A stretch of 63,425 bases of DNA, filler included, from Octopus bimaculoides (taxonomy: Eukaryota): NCBI RefSeq assembly GCF_001194135.2. It is 5 parts of 5 records of this genome, joined end to end, with 100 filler letters (N's around TTAATTAATTAA, not from the genome) between each part and the next. Parts side by side here need not be neighbours in the genome. Positions count along the whole stretch, not along the records: positions 53,776 to 60,937 come from NW_026307091.1; positions 61,038 to 63,425 come from NC_068996.1; 3 more parts are not named here. One strand, written 5' to 3'. A program made the translations under genes and the position numbers. The notes under the pieces are model-generated. The model saw only the letters and a program-made list of their open reading frames with translations, did no database searches and was not told the origin of the DNA. Shown in pieces: positions 60,080 to 63,425 of the stretch (its first letter is position 1; the number at the start of each line of letters is the position of its first letter).

Positions 60080-60937
60080 ATCCGAATGCATCAATTTTCT
60101 TATAAAGAAAATCTTGACAGAGGTGACCACCACATGTCTACTCTTTGTGACAGCAGGTGTTCGACATAAACCCACAGTTGAGCAATACTCACGCACTGGA
60201 CAAGAGCGTGTAGAACAGTTTCACCGCTCTGCGAGCTTCTCAGGCAGGCCCGGCTGACGGCACTTCCGTGCCTGTAAAATATATCTCGAACAGGCAGCGC
60301 CCTTGGTAGCACTGCTGGACAAAGGATTATTAGAAGTTATCCAATGGACCAGGCCCGAAATTTCTCCGGTTAGTTGATCCTCATCGACGCACTTTCCCTC
60401 CACTAGCCCTCTATAGAACACTATAGTGGAACTACTACCCACCACATTACCCGCCCGGCGGAGGGCTGTGAGCGCTTAACAGCACTCTGCATGTCAAACG
60501 CCCTCCTCAGTCTACACCTAATCTAGGTTTGCAGCTCAAAGAGACGAGCTGTGGAAAAGTGAGTCTGACAAATGGTAACCACACCTGCTAACCGGCAAGG
60601 AAACGGTGGAGATGCCGTAGCCCCAGCGCATGTCTGCGCATCAGTTACCACAGCATACCCAGCCCTCCATTCAGCAGTTGTTGACAGCAGATGTGGCACT
60701 TGTTTAGTGGAACGTGGGCCTTCCACAGAAAACAAAAGTGTAAGCGCACCAGCTTGGTCAACCTGCAAACGGGTCAAGGGACGACGGTCAAGCGGTAATA
60801 GATGACGGATGCAATGTACGCCTTCACCACCTCAGTACGACCTTTCAAGGACAGCTTCCTCTCGACCCATTTCTGGGTGAGATTGGCTACCTTGCTCGTC
60901 AAATCGTCCCAGATTTTCTCCACCTGGAGGGCTGGAC
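60080..60937 (-). mobile_element. L1/Tx1-clade LINE ORF2 relic, post-RT C-terminal region
   Basis: PALQVEKIWDDLTSKVA...RKLSLKGRTEVVKAYIASVIYYRLTVVP and GETVLHALVQC. Confidence 0.88.
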
Positions 60938-61159
60938 NNNNNNNNNNNNNNNNNNNNNNNNNNNNNNNNNNNNNNNNNNNNTTAATTAATTAANNNNNNN
61001 NNNNNNNNNNNNNNNNNNNNNNNNNNNNNNNNNNNNNAGCTAAAAGAAAATGGAATACGTGATGGCAAGTGATGCAAGCAGGAATTGAACCTGATTCCAC
61101 TTGTATGGAGATCACCATCTTCCATCAGAGTTCGTTATTAGTTATTAGCGTCAATATTT

Positions 61160-61825
61160 TTGTGAACGAGGCAGTCGGCGCGCGCGTAACAGAATCGTTA
61201 TAATGGCGGATGAAATGCTTAGCGACATTTCATATTTGCTACGTTCTGAGTTCAAATTCCGTCAAGGTCTACTTTGATTTTTATCCTTTCGGAGTCGATA
61301 AAATAAGTACCAAGTTGAGCACTGGAGTCGATGTAATCGACCTAACCCCTTCTCCGAAATTGCTGGCCTTGTGCAAAAGCTTGAAATTAATATTTAGTGA
61401 AGAAAACGGCGAGCTGGCAGAATCGTTATCACGCTGAGCAAAATGCTTAGTGGCATTTCAACCATCTTTATGCTTTAAATTCAATTTCCACTGAGGTCAA
61501 TTTTTCCTTTCATCCTTTCGAGGTCAATAAAATAAGTACAAGTTGAACACAGGGGTCGATGTATTCGCCTTAATCCCTCACCCAAAATTGCTCCATATGG
61601 GCCAAAATTTGAAACCAATATTTTAGTAAAGAAAGCAGCGAGCTGACAGAATCTTTTCCACATCGAACACAATACTTAACAGCATTTCCTGCGACGGCTC
61701 TTTCCTTTCTCAGTCAAAATTCTCCCCATCTTTTCGGGGCTCAATAGAATAAGGAACTGGTTATATACTGGAGTCTATGTAATCGACTTGTTTCCTACCC
61801 GTCAAAACTGCTAAGTTTGAAACCT
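61160..61825 (+). mobile_element. Three head-to-tail family A SINEs
   Basis: Copies at about 61160-61390, 61405-61620 and 61632-61825, increasingly degenerate. Confidence 0.85.
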
Positions 61826-62207
61826 GCATCGGACCTGCGGTTCAGGGAAATTCGTAATCTCGAACACTAATATCCCATGGAAAAAAAAAACGAATATCCG
61901 ATCTTATTATGATTCTTAAGGCTCAAAAAATATTTTCCAGAAAATAGTAAAACGGTAGATTTCATAGAAACTAGAATATTGGCATAATACCTTTAATGAA
62001 GGCATAGTGCTGATTCTTTGCATTTTTCAAAAATTCTACTGGCTATATAACAAGGTTAATCTTAGTCAACTTTATTTCTGCCCATACTGTTGAAGGCGGA
62101 AGCGCTCAAGTCGATTAAATACGCACAGGCACACATGTATACATACATACTTACACGCATGCATACATACATACATACGTACATACATACATACATACAT
62201 ACATATC

Positions 62208-62249
<42 letters not shown>

Positions 62250-62254
62250 GGAGT

Positions 62255-62450
62255 AAGCACATAAATGGGCAACAAGGTGGATAAAAGAGTACTCAAATAC
62301 CAGAGGTGGAGTAATAAGCTTTATTTTAAAGCAGCAGAAATATAACTAAAAACTGTTACTCGGAGTTTCACGTTCCCGTTCATCGGACAGTTTAGTAGTC
62401 AAGGAGACCGTGGTTCTGTGCGTTTCCATAAATAACCCTTGGAAGTTTCC
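62255..62450 (-). mobile_element. Penelope-like pLTR
   Basis: Hammerhead motif followed by AATAAA (GCTTTATTTT on the + strand) and a T-rich tail. Confidence 0.65.
62351..62393 (-). ncRNA. Minimal type I hammerhead ribozyme motif, U4C variant
   Basis: Minus strand: AACTGT CCGATGA ACG ggaa CGT GAAA C tccga G TA ACAGTT. Perfect 6-bp stem I, 3-bp stem II, short stem III, GUA site. Confidence 0.75.
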
Positions 62451-62624
62451 CCTTCATTGGGGCAATTTTCTTTGTTCATCGTTTCTTTGTATTGATTATT
62501 TTTACCATTTACACACTTTCATAAAATCCCATATCATATAATTGCATAGCATCGTCTTGTGTGATCCTGTACTGTTTGCGAACTGTTAATCCACTTTCAG
62601 TGTACAATATAAAAAAGAAAAGTC

Positions 62625-62706
62625 ATCGTCGTCGTCGTTGTTATCATCAGCATCATCATCATCATTATCAACATCATCACCATCATCACATCACCACCGC
62701 CGCCGC

Positions 62707-62800
<94 letters not shown>
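62625..62800. repeat. Compound (CGT)n/(CAT)n microsatellite
   Basis: Directly visible. Confidence 0.97.
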
Positions 62801-62801
<1 letters not shown>

Positions 62802-63015
62802 AGGCGGTAAGCCACCAGTATCGTTAGTGCATGAGACTAAACGCTTACCGTCATTTCTTCAGAGTCTTTAAGTTCTGACTTCAAATTCTGCAAAGTTCGA
62901 CTGCAAAGTTCATCAATTCGGATTCAATAAAATATAGTACCAGTGAAATGGCAGGGGTAACTGACTAGTCCCCTTCCCCTAAAATTACATGGTATTCTAC
63001 CAAAATTTGAAACGG
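62800..63015 (+). mobile_element. Family A SINE, degenerate
   Basis: AAGGCGGTAAGCC...TTCTGACTTCAAATTCTGC...ACTAGTCCCCTTCCCCTAAAATT. Confidence 0.75.
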
Positions 63016-63094
63016 TTATTTTCACGATCATTTTGTTTTTATTTCAGTCTTCCTGAATACGTGTTATATAAAATCATTTCTGTTGCTTGCGATG

Positions 63095-63239
<145 letters not shown>

Positions 63240-63425
63240 TTATACTTATAAAAACAAGCCACATGAAATTAATAAAAGGAAATTTTGTATGGACTCAAAG
63301 CACACACCCATAGGTCCGCAATATATGATTAAAACAATATATCCGTTATGGAAATAAAGCTGTGAATGTTTGTGAAGTTGGTAGCCGATGTTCACAGGAA
63401 TTAAAAAAAAATTCGTTTACTTACG

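Overview
A 63.4-kb AT-rich, gap-ridden eukaryotic scaffold window. The SINE families, microsatellite load and an invertebrate-type mitochondrial nad5 insert suggest an octopod cephalopod, probably Octopus (inference). Only one host protein-coding gene is supported: an HS3ST1/5-like sulfotransferase whose whole CDS lies in one exon (4681-5607, +). Its PAPS-binding motifs are largely kept, but several catalytic and acceptor-binding residues are changed. The rest is repeat-derived: three tRNA-type SINE families, a non-tRNA short element embedded in (TTA)n arrays, and relics of Tx1/L1, RTE, R4/Dong and Penelope-like (PLE) retroelements, plus mariner/Tc1 relics, MITEs, a NUMT and local duplications. 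The main finds are: (1) a set of minimal type I hammerhead-ribozyme motifs at PLE ends, best at 62351-62393 and 7466-7527, several with a U4C core; (2) the diverged sulfotransferase; (3) same-orientation trains of retroposons in (TTA)n arrays, with Dong/R4 relics nearby; (4) several unexplained inverted or duplicated structures. Nearly all other ORFs in the track are microsatellite or N-gap artefacts. All alignments were done by eye, so identities are approximate.
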